A DNA stretch of 40,649 nucleotides from Catajapyx aquilonaris (taxonomy: Eukaryota): positions 1 to 40,649 of the forward strand of contig JYFJ02003515.1 of assembly GCA_000934665.2 (NCBI GenBank), read 5' to 3'. The notes beneath the pieces are model-generated. The model had not been told where the DNA came from. It worked only from the letters and a program-made list of their open reading frames with translations, and searched no databases. Shown here in pieces: positions 23,236-36,200 of the stretch (position 1 is its first letter; each line of letters opens with the position of its first letter). A program made the position numbers and the translations under genes.

Positions 23236-25920
23236 GGACTCGTGGCTACCATATTGTCGTTTGTGGACAATCTTCAAGTTCGTCCCAGCACTCCTCCGTG
23301 AATAGTTGACAATTAGAAAAATTCCCAAGACAATTGGAAGGTTTTAAATACATTTTTAATGCAAAAATGAGGCCTTGGTGGTCAGTTGCCCTCCACTTCA
23401 CTAACTAAGGGTTAGTCCTACAACTGGTTTACTCAAAAATCCACATGCAAAAATGTGGAGCCGGAGTACACTACTGGACATGTGTAACGCATTAACAAAA
23501 TGACATTCTTCATTATTCCACTGTTCAAGCACCAATCGGGCCGATTCAAGACACTTCCTACCTGATCCATCATCTTGGAAGTATCATCCAAAATTAATTT
23601 GCCCCCGTGATGATGTCCGAGGTCCAGAGTAAAACTGAGCAACTCTACCTTTACTTATTAATATTTATAGTTGAAAATGTAGGTTTTTGCCGATATTTAT
23701 TAAAGACGAACCATTTCAAATCTCTGGTTCCGTGAAACCTAGGACGACCATTCCTTTTTTTGTTTTATAGAGGTGGTTTTGAAGACGATTTCAACCCTAC
23801 CGTACCTTACACTTTTCATTTGTACCGTAAGTTTAAGCTTGAAAAATGAAAAACCGCTCGTTGGGGGCGGTCCTTAATTTTGGGGAAAGGCTGGGTATGA
23901 TAAAAATCACGCCTTACTACCAAACACGTGTTCAAAATGACGTAAAAATGTAATTACGTTGTTCATATTTCTGAAAATAATTAGCTACAATTACCAGCCT
24001 TTTCTATTACATCACCCCCACCATTAGAAAATTTCTGTTTTATAGGATAAGGCGACCCTGAACCATTATAAAACTCATGTATACATGCTGTGACCCTTGC
24101 ACGAAGACTGCCACAAGAACCATTGCTAATGGCCATAACCTCTCAAATCACACCAGAATTGGCCTCATGTGGAGAAACTCATTACTGTCACTTGGAAGTA
24201 GTCTATAAGTGATAATACCGAAACACCTGATGAGTCACAGACAGATCAGAACCAAAATTAATAAATCCACTAATTGATCCAAAAAATCCTGCAGCCCATC
24301 ACTGCCAGTGCTAAAAGGTGCAAGCTTCTTTGGCACAGATAGCCGACACAGTATTAGCTAGGGAGGTACTGTTGCGCCTTTTGCAACCCATTTCCCAATC
24401 ATATACTCAATTTCGCTTGGAGACAGCAGAACAATGGATGAGAGCATCAAGGGGGGGGGGGGGGGGGNTGGTTTGCAGCCAGTGAACCACCACAGAGTTT
24501 CCAACTTCCAACAACGCCAATGCAGAAAGTGAAGCTGCGTTAAAACATCATGCATACATGAGCAATCCAGAGCAACTCGTGGAGAAAGACTCGGCACTAT
24601 ATCTCGGTGATTTATATGCAAAATAACTTCACTGGTGCTTTTCCATGCAAATGGGAATAAGGGCTCATTAGTGCCATTTTCACGCACCCCACACATTACC
24701 ACAACAGTGTAGAATCATAGTAAAGGGTTGCTTATTGTTGTCTTGAACGACTTACTGTATGACCGCATGTTGTGCCATCGAGTTGAATCCAATCTCGTGC
24801 TCTCAGCCGAAAACGCCCTGCAACGCCTCGTAACCATTAATTTGAATATATGATAAGTATGATATTATGGGTGAAAATCATTTTTAACACCCTTTCACTC
24901 CTATAACAGACAAGATCACACATAATGGAAATAAAAAGCAATATCAAAGTCCGACAGGCGGGCTGACAATGGATTCAAGTAAATTGTAAAGGTTCGCACG
25001 ACTTCTCAATGACAAAATGGGAGGATTATATAAAAGATGTTTTGTCAAAAGGTTCACCATTCAACGTCGCCAAAATTGTGCACAATAATAAAGTAAATGG
25101 TCCCACATAGCTGAGGTCGCCATAATAACTCAAATACATAAATGACAATTCTGGATATGAAGAATGTTATTACTGGTGCAGGTTTTTACTTGCTGCACAG
25201 CATGTACAGTATTATTTGGTTCCGACGCTAATACGCCCTTAAAAATGGCATGAACGTGCGGCAGTGTGTTACATTATTGTGTCGTGATGTTGGCGGTGGG
25301 CAGACCACGTGTCGATAGAAGGCGGCGGCAGTCATGGAAATAATTTTAAGCAACACCAGAGGCCGGCTGTGGCGAGCGGATGAACCACTCTATAGATACA
25401 GAAACTAAGCGTCGCAAGATATGTCACCTAAGATATGGTCAGGTGGTAAAATAATTTATGTGGAAATATGTATACACCACCACACGTTTACTTTTTTTTA
25501 AATGAATCTGTCATATCAAATAATTTGTTCCGGTCTGTTACCAATTGACAACCGTCATATTCAGGACTATGCAAAACCACTTTTGTGCAACGGAGCACAT
25601 TTACCACCATATCAGGACACAGCACTATGTAGGAGCCATCCATCATTTACGACACCACAAAAGGAACATTTGATTGCTATGGCCAGACGGTCCAACATAT
25701 TAGAACATACTGTATCACACATAAGCATGAACACGTGTCCAGAAAAGGCTCCAGAAAGGACGACCTGATTAAAATACCAAGAACAGAGAAGAACGTCAAT
25801 CTTAAGCTCCAGTACGGATAATAATGAAATACTCAGAATAATTCTAGCCATGCAGCTAAGATGTATTGAGCAAATAAATAAAATAATAAATAAATAAACA
25901 ACTAAATAATAATAATAAAA

Positions 25921-27212
25921 TCAATCGTTAATTGTTCCCAGATGACCATCTATATTACGTCTTGACGCGCGCCGTTTGGACTCTAGCTGGCTCTCATTGA
26001 CTCGGGGTCCGCTCATCCTCCTTTCGCTGAAGGTGGTGGTGAGCACAGTCTCCGAATAGGAAGGTCTACGGATCAATTCCTGTGCCCACTGCTCCTCCGC
26101 GGGCGTCGGCACCTTTTTGGAAGACTTTTGTTCAGCGACTACCGGGCTGGGTCTGGCAGCCTCTTCAGCAGAGACTCTGCGGGGGGCTTCGGCAGTCTTG
26201 TGATTCCGAGAGGGCTCATTCATTGAGTTCATGTCTACCCAGTAATCCCTATCCTTTTGCATGGCCGCCTTTGCCTTGACCAGCTTGTCCCTGTTGGCCT
26301 GCAGGGCCTTCTTCTTCTGCAAGGTGGTCTGAAGAAGATCCTGCGCCTGGGTATTGACATCCTGGAGGTTGTCCAAGCGTTTCAAAAGGTTAGGCCTCAG
26401 GTACTTTTTAATGTTGTCGTGTACCACCATCAAGTCCCGATGATGGCATCCGTTTATTTCACGACGGTCTCTGTCGGAAGTGTGGGGCAGATTAATACGG
26501 ATAATACGGCTTCAATAATGAGACACTCAAGCAGAAAAAGGCCACCCAAAACAAACCTTAGGAACTTGTTCCTTAGTTCATAAGTTTCCTTCGCATTCTT
26601 TTCCTTGAATTTCTCCACTTCGGCTAGCAACAACTGAATGGTGTTATCCCGCTCATTTGACATCTTCCAGCAACTAGTGACGGTAGCGAAATGTTAGCAA
26701 CTACACAGGTGGCAAAGAAAAACCAGTGGCCTACCTGTAATTGTCCATGTCTAAGAACCTCCTCTCGAAAAATGCATTATTCTTCTCTTTACGGAAGGCA
26801 TGGGTCAACTTCCGCCTTTCTACTTGAAGCTCTGCCAGAGTCACTAGACGTAATTTTTCCGCCTCAGATTCCTCCTCCTCCATCTTCCTAACCAGCTCAT
26901 TTACCTCGGCGATCTTGTCCTCGACACGTTTCGTGGTACAATCCAGGTAGCTGGAAGGGATTAGAGAACATTTACAATGTAAAATCTGAAACATGGCTTT
27001 TGTGCAACTCACGTCTCATTGTCCGCGCGAGTCATCTTGAGCTGTTTATGCAACCACTCGTTCTCTATCTTGCTTTCCTCTGTTTCAGACCTGGCGATGG
27101 CAACCTGTTCGGTCAGCCTCATAATGGTCTTCTGCAAGTCGATCACAACGTCTACATTTGGCATGTTCCTTAACATGGATTCTTTCAAGGCGGCTTCCTT
27201 TTTCTTCCACAT
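25921..27212 (-). CDS. Four-exon coiled-coil protein gene, 360 aa, CCDC166/DUF4515-like
   Basis: Exons 27212-27013, 26950-26735, 26673-26557, 26470-25921, with three phase-2 GT..AG introns (62, 61, 86 bp); CTAAT/CTAAC branch-like motifs in the first two. Spliced length 1083 nt is open throughout and the ATG has A at -3. LQKTIMRLTEQ..ENEWL..R.DN.TY, DNY and NKFLRD fit the pattern I recall for CCDC166. An additional upstream exon cannot be excluded. Confidence 0.8.
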
Positions 27213-28809
27213 TGTCGGCGTCTTAATGGGTTTTTTAAAAAACAAAGCACCCCCTTTTAAAAAATTACCCGCTTCGAAACCACTCTTGTGTTTCTCTAAA
27301 CAGTCAAAGAATTTCCATGGATATCGCCAACAAATATTTGTTAGCAATGACAATGTCAATAAATGCCACGGATTTCATGTCATCTTGTTTGTTGTATGAT
27401 CAGCCAACTTGCATGGGTGTACTGTACGGATGGCACATTACATGTAAAACCTTTTATACTGTTACGAAACCCAAACCTAGTGTCTTTGGCACAGATCCAT
27501 TACCCGCAAGGAATTGCAGCAGGTGACTTAACAAATACAGTGAATGTAGGATATCAAGTAGGCTACTGTATATGTGGTTATAATTGCACCGCGATATAGT
27601 TACATCGACAAGTCATACATCATGATCAGATGATCATTCTTGCTGCATGACTCCGCATGACTCACTTTTTATTCACCTCTCCCCGAAGAAGCAAATAAAG
27701 ACGTTCCGAAACTCATGAGGTAGACGAAAATCCGAAATCACAACTTTTTGCTACTGTTTTTTACGTACTTTTACAGATTTTAAACAACCTATGTAGTTAT
27801 TCTACCAGTCACGATGCGTCAAATTGCTCCATGAAATTATGTAGCAATATCCATGCACTATAAATGTGGAATCAAGTCTAAGGGTAGGTTATATCAATTC
27901 AAACTGGGGATAAAATTTCATTATGTCATATTATGGATTATAAACATGTGCACATGATTTAATATCTTCCCTTACATGTTCTCATACTACAGGCAGTGAT
28001 GTAGTGAATAAATAATTCCATAAGAAGCCATGTCACTACTTCACCTTTTTACGACTACTGCGTCTACAGAACACTTTTCATGTAACCTCATTGCTAAAAA
28101 AGACGGTTCTTAATTATTTATATCACGCTCTTCTGCGATTCCGATGCTCCACGACTTGTCTACTTTGCTTACAATATAACACCTGCATGGCTTCCATCCA
28201 CTGAATTTCGTCCATCGTCGTCTTCAGAGAGATTCAATGCATAGTTATAGTTAAGCAGTGTTATTCATGATATTTGTGTATCGATCGGATATAAATTAGT
28301 TTCTCGCCTAACAAATCACGCTGTTTTTTTATTAATTATTATTTATGCCACTTAATTCAGGTCATATCCGACATCGTGTGGATTCAGACATTGCATGATA
28401 ATGAATTATAGTTGCGTCGCAATATTAAAGACCAGTTACATACGTATCTCTCTTTGTCTCCTATCCCAAAGACCTGTCCGGCTTGGGTGGCCCTACGAGT
28501 AGACGAAGCTACCGCCGGCATAGCTCTTGGAGTCACTGGAGATACGCAACCCCCTCCCCCCCCCCCCNCCCCCCCCCCCCCCCCCCCAGCACCACCTCCA
28601 CGATCAGGTGGAGATACCATCGGGCGATGTACTGCGGGCACCTAACCAAGGGCGAACAGCGCCGAATTCCAGGAATGTCACCGTCAATTAAAGTCGCATT
28701 CAATTGCATTACTTCAATAATCAATTTATATGCTTTTTTTGTTGTGATAGATTCTACCCATTGCATATCTGCTACATGACACTGTTTGGTAGCTCTGACC
28801 AGTATAGCT

Positions 28810-28967
28810 CCGTATTCCAGAGATGCACGATCCCAAATGGCTGAGAATTCTGTGGTTACTGCATTAACAGAAATCCGAGAAAGTGCATCTACATGAGGCA
28901 TAGATTTACCAGGTTTGTGTATTATCTGGAAATTATACTCTTGAAGAGTGAGTGACCAGAGTCTTTC
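28810..28967 (-). pseudogene. Ty3/Gypsy pol fragment, RNase H C-terminus
   Basis: ERLWSLTLQEYNFQIIHKPGKSMPHVDALSR matches RW.L.LQEY.F.I.H.PGK.N..ADALSR. Confidence 0.85.
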
Positions 28968-31900
28968 CTAAGCACTTGTTATCCCGAGTCAAACACTAAT
29001 ATTAGAATGGATATTTACATGATACAGGCATATACGGTGCATGGATGTCAAAAATACCTTTTCGTGAAAACATCATGCTCCACTACGATTCCGATGCTCT
29101 CAATTTTTTCGGGATTTACCACCTAACTGGCACGTGCTGTTTAAGCTTCAGCTTGTTGACATTGTTGGATTGGTAACCACTCATAGGGAAACACCAGCTA
29201 TGAAGGGCTCTTCCTGCATTTTAGAGGGATATCTACGAGCTGCCAGACAGACACGGCTCATTCTTGAAGACATTGAGGAGGCCTTCAGCACATTACTTTT
29301 CTTGGGGAAAAAATCCAGCGTTGAACCTGTCCTTTTCCTAACTTGGCCAAGACTGGTGGAGTGTGTGCTTGTAGAGTAGGATAGCACTCGTACTGTGCTA
29401 TTAAACCAAATCCTAAAATTATGCACGACGGAGCTGGTTTCTACAAGGTCCCCCATAATCTGGGAAAAACCGCTAAGGAACATGATGAACGAATCACGCC
29501 CGGCAACAACCAAAGTCTGATATTTTTCATCAAATGGTAACTACCCTACAGGACTCACGCTAGATTGTCAGAGGAAGGCTACCTGAGGCGAAAACAGCAA
29601 AAGGGCTCCGCATTAACGAAGACGACATGATCCTTGTCAACTGAGCGCAGTATTCTGTATGACATAAGAGGAAGTATTTCATCCCATTTGAAATTAGGAA
29701 GGTCAGTTACTTACAAAATTGTTGAAAACACTATAGTTACCTGTTAATCATATCAACCAACTACTTGGTCCGTGATTCATGATGAATCACCCAGTTATAC
29801 ACTTGTAAAAAAGAGATTGCGGAGGATGTTGCCAATGCTTTTATTGGGTACGAGAAGGAGGCGAGAAAAAAAGAAGCGGGGGAAGAAAGGGAGGAAAGGC
29901 GGCAAGATCGAGAGATGCTACAAGGAGTGCTGCAATCATTTGCAATCCAGCAATCGGCCCTTATGGCTGCTCTTTTGAATAAATCTCACAACATTCCTTT
30001 ATTAACCACACATTACATTCCACAAAGTCATTCACAGGAATCCAACCAGTACATGTTTTCAGATTCTGTCAACTTCCAACGCGGTGACATTTTTGCCTGT
30101 CGACCTTTTGCGTCCCGAATTGTCTTAACAGAAACAAACCGTTACACTTCAGGGAATGAAAGAGGAATAATAAACCAACGCCCGCGACCATTACTCTGTA
30201 CGTATCTGACACATGTGGAATTGTTGTCCATGCCTTCTGCAGCTTCAACCCAATACTTGCAGTATGTGTCCAGCTAAGAGCGCCATCATTCAAAACACCA
30301 TAACCTGACCAAACTCATTCATGTTATTATAGAAGGTGCTCCATTACGAATCCGATTGTAAGTGCAACATATCCCGCAAAGACAAAGGAGACGCACTACC
30401 TAGATTATTACTTTTATTATAAAATGAAACTAATGACAAGTCAAACACAATATCACTTCGGGTTTCAAAATCACATCTACTTCGCAGACTGAATGCATTA
30501 ACTTATCCTGTAAACATTTAAGTGAAAGGTTTGTTTGCAGAAAATTACAGATTTAGGAATTGCAAGTCGGCAGTAAACAAAACATATTGTACACCCTGTG
30601 AATCGAGGCCCAGGTTTCCTTCGACCAAGAGTAATATTGTATTATACCTACTCCGTACATTTACATGCATTACCACACAGTGCGCAGATGTGCGTCTGCA
30701 TGGAGGCACCAGGGATAAAGACACCTAGGGGAAAAGTGATTTATTTTTAAAAGACCCATCAGTCCGTTTAAACACGTTTATTATTGAATGCTTTATTGAA
30801 TATCATTAAGTACATTATTATTTGTAGTTTTTGAAGAATTTAATAAATCCTTGACTATAAAATGCCGGATGAATTATACAGGGTATGGTAGTGACCTCAA
30901 AGCGCGCCGCTTTGACTTTGTCCATGCATTATTGAAGAATGGCCCAATGCACAACGGACAGAAAGAAAGACCCTCTGATGACGTATCGAAAAAAGCTTAT
31001 TCTTGTAACAGTGATTGATTTGAAATGGACTCATCAGTATACTGTATATATACAGTAAATAATAATACAGTAAATATACAGTAAAAATTCGCAAACTCCA
31101 GGGAGGTATGGAAGTATTGTTCTACTGCATGATGTATGGAGTGCATAAACAATGTCTTTTCAAAAGCGCGCGACTTACCCTTAAATTCAGCTAGTTAAAA
31201 GAGCTACTGAAAAAATATTTGGCCAGGTCATTGTGGATCGCGTTACATACGAACAGTGGGTGGAAGTTGATATGAGCATTTTTCAAGGCCATCACCCGAC
31301 CAGGTGAAACGAGACTCGTGGGGTCCTTCTCCAGAATCCCATCATAACCAAATTCGTGATGATGCTGCATGAAGACACGGCATCTGAAACAATTCCACAA
31401 AGCATCACATTTCCTCCACCAGTTGGTTGGCTTGACCTTAATGGATGTCATCAGCAAGACATTAAAGTGTGTTCCTCTCCCTGGTGACTACGTAATCCGA
31501 AAAACCGACAAAACAGGAAACCGTCTGTGAATACAAATCTGGCTTATTGGGCACTGGCACCAAATTGTAAAATGACAAATCTGCAACACAATCAGCAAAA
31601 TACAAAGGCATATTGAGTAGATTACTACAAATTGCAACACACTTGTTGGCGTAAAGATAGATGGCACATATGTCCCTGACCATTACACTAATGTACGCGT
31701 ACAATGTAATTTGAAAGTTACAGAAAAGGGTGCCCAAGAAATATATTTGTATTAAACACCTACAGCTTCGAATCACTTTGAATACACGTGTTCTAAACAG
31801 TGGGAAGGAGCCAAAATGACTAACCCCACATCGAAATCACAAGATACAACGGTGGGTCACATTGATATAGAAGCGAAGAGAAATAAGAAGAGAGGAAGGA

Positions 31901-32407
31901 CTGGTGTCACTCTTTCTTTGGCATCTTCCCAACAAAGATCTTGCCGGCTTCGATGCCCTGCCAGTAGTCGAATAGTTATCAAAAGAAATTCAAATACATA
32001 TAACGGGTGATATATTGCAACAATATTGAAGGGATTCTCACACGTGCAACTGTCAAGTCTCACATCAGTAGTTGGCACCTTAATATTCAAAATACGTATT
32101 TTTTTAAAGGAATTGGACTCCCTACTGCGACTGAAACACATGCCCGCTAAAAGGCTCAATTGGATGTAAAGTGCTTCAATATCATTTCTCAATAATTACA
32201 CTTCAGCCATGACTACTTCAACACTTGAGTGCTGCTGCTATGGGAGCTCACTATATTTACTCATGCAGAGACCACAGGCATATTGCAGCACAAACTGCCG
32301 CATGAGAGAGCACTTCTGTTTCATAGTGCAGCCAGGCAGATCCAATCTGACAAAGATATTTTAATATATCGAGAGCCAAATAACACTTTGGTGGAGAATA
32401 TGTGGAA

Positions 32408-32408
<1 letters not shown>

Positions 32409-32484
<76 letters not shown>

Positions 32485-32780
32485 TTATTTAACTCCCAAA
32501 GCCTAGGCCGTATGGGAGGGAGGCACACACAATACATTGTTAAGTTGGATATCACAAAAATTCAGTTTTTGTATCACGTCACAAAAAATTTTATAAACCT
32601 GCACAATCTGCCGTTCTTGAATATCATTAAATAACATAAAGATCCTGTACTGGGGGACTCTAGGAATAAACTCAAGTAGTCTTTTCCTCTCCCATTTAAA
32701 ATATGTGGAAGTACAGCAAGGCTTTCCGGTGGACCAAGTAGCCTAGCTTCTTGTTGACCCAATGGACAAGCTCAAGAGGG
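32409..32780 (-). mobile_element. 3' end of a LINE with (TTA)n tail; (TAA)~25 microsatellite at 32409-32483
   Basis: Minus strand ends ...tgtgtgtgcctccctcccatacggcctaggctttgggagttaaataaa(tta)n. A similar terminus (gtgtgtgtcccccataagggcctatggccct...gaaataaa) occurs at 17725-17785 on +. Confidence 0.55.
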
Positions 32781-32874
32781 TTCAGGAGGACTCACACAAC
32801 AAAGCGCTGACGGATCTCGAAGCCAGGAGGTCCGTGAAGTTTTCCGAACTCATGTCAGCAATGGAGGCATCAAC

Positions 32875-33255
32875 ATGGTGCTTCAGTCCCAGTTGACGGC
32901 GGTGACCAGCAATCTGCATTTCCTTCAAGATCATATGGAAAAACTGGAGAATCAATCCCGACGAAGCAATCTGGTTGTATACGGGATTCAAGAGGGTGAA
33001 GCAGAATCATCTTTACATCCTTCCTGGCGGAACACGAACTACACCCAAACCCCCTGGCTGTTCATTCACGCCATTTCAGCTTGTGATTCAACTTCTTGTA
33101 TTCGTACACAGGGGAAGGTGAAACCCTACAAGACAAGACATGACGTTGCAATCGCGATGAAGCTGTTTTATTCTAAAGTAATCCCTATTGTGGAATATGG
33201 GTTGCCTGTCTGGGGTATCAGTTATCTAACCGAAGTAGAAAAACTACCAACATAG
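32875..33255 (+). pseudogene. Mosaic ORF of three TE-derived fragments (LINE ORF1, XPG/H3TH-like, LINE ORF2 post-RT)
   Basis: LENQSRRSNLVVYGIQE (L1/CR1/L2-type ORF1 motif), LFIHAISACDSTS...GK (HA.SGCD.TS..GK), KLFYSKVIPIVEYGLPVWG (ORF2 motif). Confidence 0.6.
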
Positions 33256-36200
33256 TTTCTAAGGAAATTTTCAACTGGAAACAGGGATCAATAACTCGAA
33301 GTAAGACTTCTCAGACAAACAGCGAAATTTGTAAAGACTGAATAAAATTTCGGAGCTCTCCGATGCAACACTTGTGCACAGAGTGTTATCTAGCGCAATA
33401 AAGAGCCACACAACACTTTGGTGGAGAATGTAGCAGCAAACAAGGCAGCAGCATATTTTGCATTGCAGTCTTCAGTCCTAATTATGAATCAGGCATAATA
33501 ACCTATGATGTGCCTGAAATTACCCATACAGCTATTAGAATTCCAAAGTTGCATGTACACTGGGATAAAACATGAGGAAAAATTAATCTCCATTATTTTA
33601 TATGGCGAGGGAGGACCCTATCTGCTCCTCTCCGCGGGAGCGCACTTATACTATTACAATTACAAGTCTAAACAAGATATCTCATGATGACTGTAGATGC
33701 TAAAATATTGCGCATCAAAAACCTGTCCATTAAGGTGTTACGACGTATGTGGAAAACTTGTTCTTGTAACCATCCAGGTCTGTAACAGATAACTGTAACA
33801 TGAATGTAAGATTGAGTCATCCAATGACTTGTTTTCAGTCCCTGTCACCATCCCAGTACGGGGACACCAATTCAAATCAACATTTATTTTTTTTCTCTCC
33901 AAAAGAGGACACAGTTCATTACAATGAATCATGGTGAGACTTGCAACTCGAGTGGGAAGCCACATTTTGTGTCCGACTAAAAACTAAAAACTTCCAACTT
34001 GAGGAAAAAATCCACCGATGAATGTTTCCTTTTTCATACTTTCTCGGCCAAGACTGGTGGAGTGTGTGTTTGCAGAGTAGGATAGTACTCGTACGGTGTG
34101 TCTGTACTATTGAATAAAATGCTAAACTTATGCATGACGGAGCTGGTTTCTACAAGGTCCTCCATAATCTGGAGATGATAAATCGTGCCCCCGACAACCA
34201 TTGTGTGATATTTTTCAGGAAATGCTTACTACCCTGCAGGACTAATATCAGATTGTCAGGCTACTTGAGGTATTCAGCAAGCAAAAACGTCAACAAGACC
34301 ATGCACGACAGATTCATTAACGAACGTGACATGGTCCTTATCAACTGAGCGAAATGTTCTGTCTGAAATAAGAGCAAGTATTTCAGCCCATGTGATTGCG
34401 GGTACAGGATCTTGAAAAGGAAATATAAGCTGATTTTCCATGTCCAGAAGGTTGCCATGAAGTAATCCGAGGTACTCTACAGACTGCCTCCTCCGCAGGT
34501 AATTCCCATCCACATCTCCATTTAAGAAAAAAAATGAGATCGTAAGTGGTCGGCATAGCAAACAGGTGAAGTACAGTAATTAAATGTCTTTGAAATTAGA
34601 AATGTCAGTTAATTACAAAATTGTTGAAAATTCTATAGTTACCTGTTAATCATGTCAACTACTTGGTGCATGATGAATCACCTGTTATACAGTTGTACTT
34701 AACAGGTTTGGTATAGCAGTGGGGTATAATTTTCGTTTGCAATGTCCAGGGTGGCATCCAATCACAGAAGGGGGCGGCCCTGGCAATGACTAATATTGGC
34801 CAGGAAGGGACCATCAAGCAGGTCATGTTCCGTACTGTGTCCGGCTAAGAGTCCTATAATAATCATCATTCATGAAACCGTCACCTGACCATACTCCTAT
34901 CAATCAATACTCCTATATGAAGCTGATTGTAGATGAAATAAATCCCACAAAGATACAGCACATGTACATTGCTGTAACTGATAAAATGAAAAGACTATCA
35001 TAATGTTAAACTCAATTATCATTTCGGGTTTCAACATCACATCTACTGTACTTCGCAGGCATGTCTGAAATGCATTGAAATTATTGTAGTTTACGAAAAG
35101 TGTCATCCATTACCTTGTAAGCATTTCAGATAAATGTTTGTTTACCCAATGAATATAGGCAGTAACCAGAAAAATATTGTACAGTCATGTTTTGTGACTG
35201 ACAGACTCAGATTGCAAGTTATTATATTTCCCAGCGGGATGTAACAACTTGATTAGTATGAACTAGAAAGCCTGGAAGAAAAAGAAGTCTCTCTAGCTGC
35301 TCTCTAGTGTGAACCAGTTTGGTGGGCACAACACTAACTATAAGCGAGAACTTGTGTCTCAGAATATTATACTCTCCTTTTCCTTGTAACTTAATACATT
35401 TTCAAAGATCTGCTTGATATCGAAAATGTGCACGTTGTACATGATATTTCCCTAAAAACTAACCCCTGAAAATTGAGAAGGGCAAGGAGATACTAAGAAG
35501 GTCTCTTTCCCAGATAATGAAATCTGATGCTAAGAACCATACGTTTGATTTTACAAGGAGCTGCACGGACTGTGAGCTCCTGACAGACTCACCAATGTCG
35601 GAACTGTAGATCATGTAGACTGTAGGAGGCCGTTCGAATTGGACAATCCATCATGGCGTCAGTTTAACAAATATCCACCCTACTGGGAAACTTGGGAGCT
35701 GAAGATAAGGACGAGGATGGAAGAGGCCCTCTCTGAACCAGACTGCCAAGCAAACTGAGCACGTTGATCGCCTTCACAAAGACATGAGGAGTGGTCCACG
35801 AAAGCTGGAGATTTAGAAACTGGATGGCAAATATTGCTCGTATGTTATTTTTCTTATTCGCTTATTTCTCGTATGTCATAGATATGAACTGCATTTGGAT
35901 TTCCCTAAATGATCTTATACACAACAGAAGAAGACATGAAATCTACACGAAACCATAACCTTGTGGTGGCTGAGCTCACTTGCACATACATAATAATTGT
36001 GTCCATAAATCGTCAAAAAATGGCGTTGTCGTCGGCTGTGGTTGATAGTGGGGTCATTATTTTATTGTTGACTATTTTCGGAAGAATTGGTGGGAATAAC
36101 TGTCTCCAAACCAGTTGGTTATTGCTCGCCATGGTGGAAAGCTAACCAAAATGCTGCTAAAAGAACTAAAGTAATCTTTCTTTGCATGTGAACAACAAAA

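Larger units (their letters stand above)
15270..24620. repeat. Old co-oriented segmental repeat family, about 5 diverged partial copies
   Basis: Co-linear motifs recur: aagatcttgcatcc..gattct (15280, 19085, 19495; the ggattctcac part also at 32031), acgccttac..caaacacgtgtt..acgttgttcatattt (15400, 19210, 23905), tggagaaa (15670, 20812, 21888, 24170), ctgcagcc.atcactg (15780, 20905, 24290), cgcggtcattac..tttcgctggca (19727, 22590). Confidence 0.75.
29343..35185. repeat. Diverged direct segmental duplication: about 29343-29805 with 34045-34695, and 30418-30595 with 34980-35185
   Basis: Shared blocks ggccaagactggtggagtgtgtg, gacggagctggtttctacaaggtc, ttacaaaattgttgaaaa..tatagttacctgttaatcat, ttcgggtttcaa.atcacatctac in the same order and orientation. 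Confidence 0.85.

Noticed and set aside
17432..23430. Recurrent tagtcctacaact (about 17433, 17785, 23412) as transposon termini
   Set aside because: All in the same orientation with no inverted partner or TSD found, so no element could be delimited.
24212..24245. Hammerhead ribozyme core words (cgaaac, ctgatgag)
   Set aside because: Order and spacing leave no room for the required helices.
26082..27399. Plus-strand ORFs overlapping the coiled-coil gene
   Set aside because: Antisense shadows of the minus-strand exons, which have consistent splice signals.
32361..32555. Poly-Leu ORF
   Set aside because: Artefact of the (TAA)n microsatellite.
34755..34795. CCAAT and GC-box promoter-like motifs
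   Set aside because: Short motifs with no associated gene or transcript evidence.
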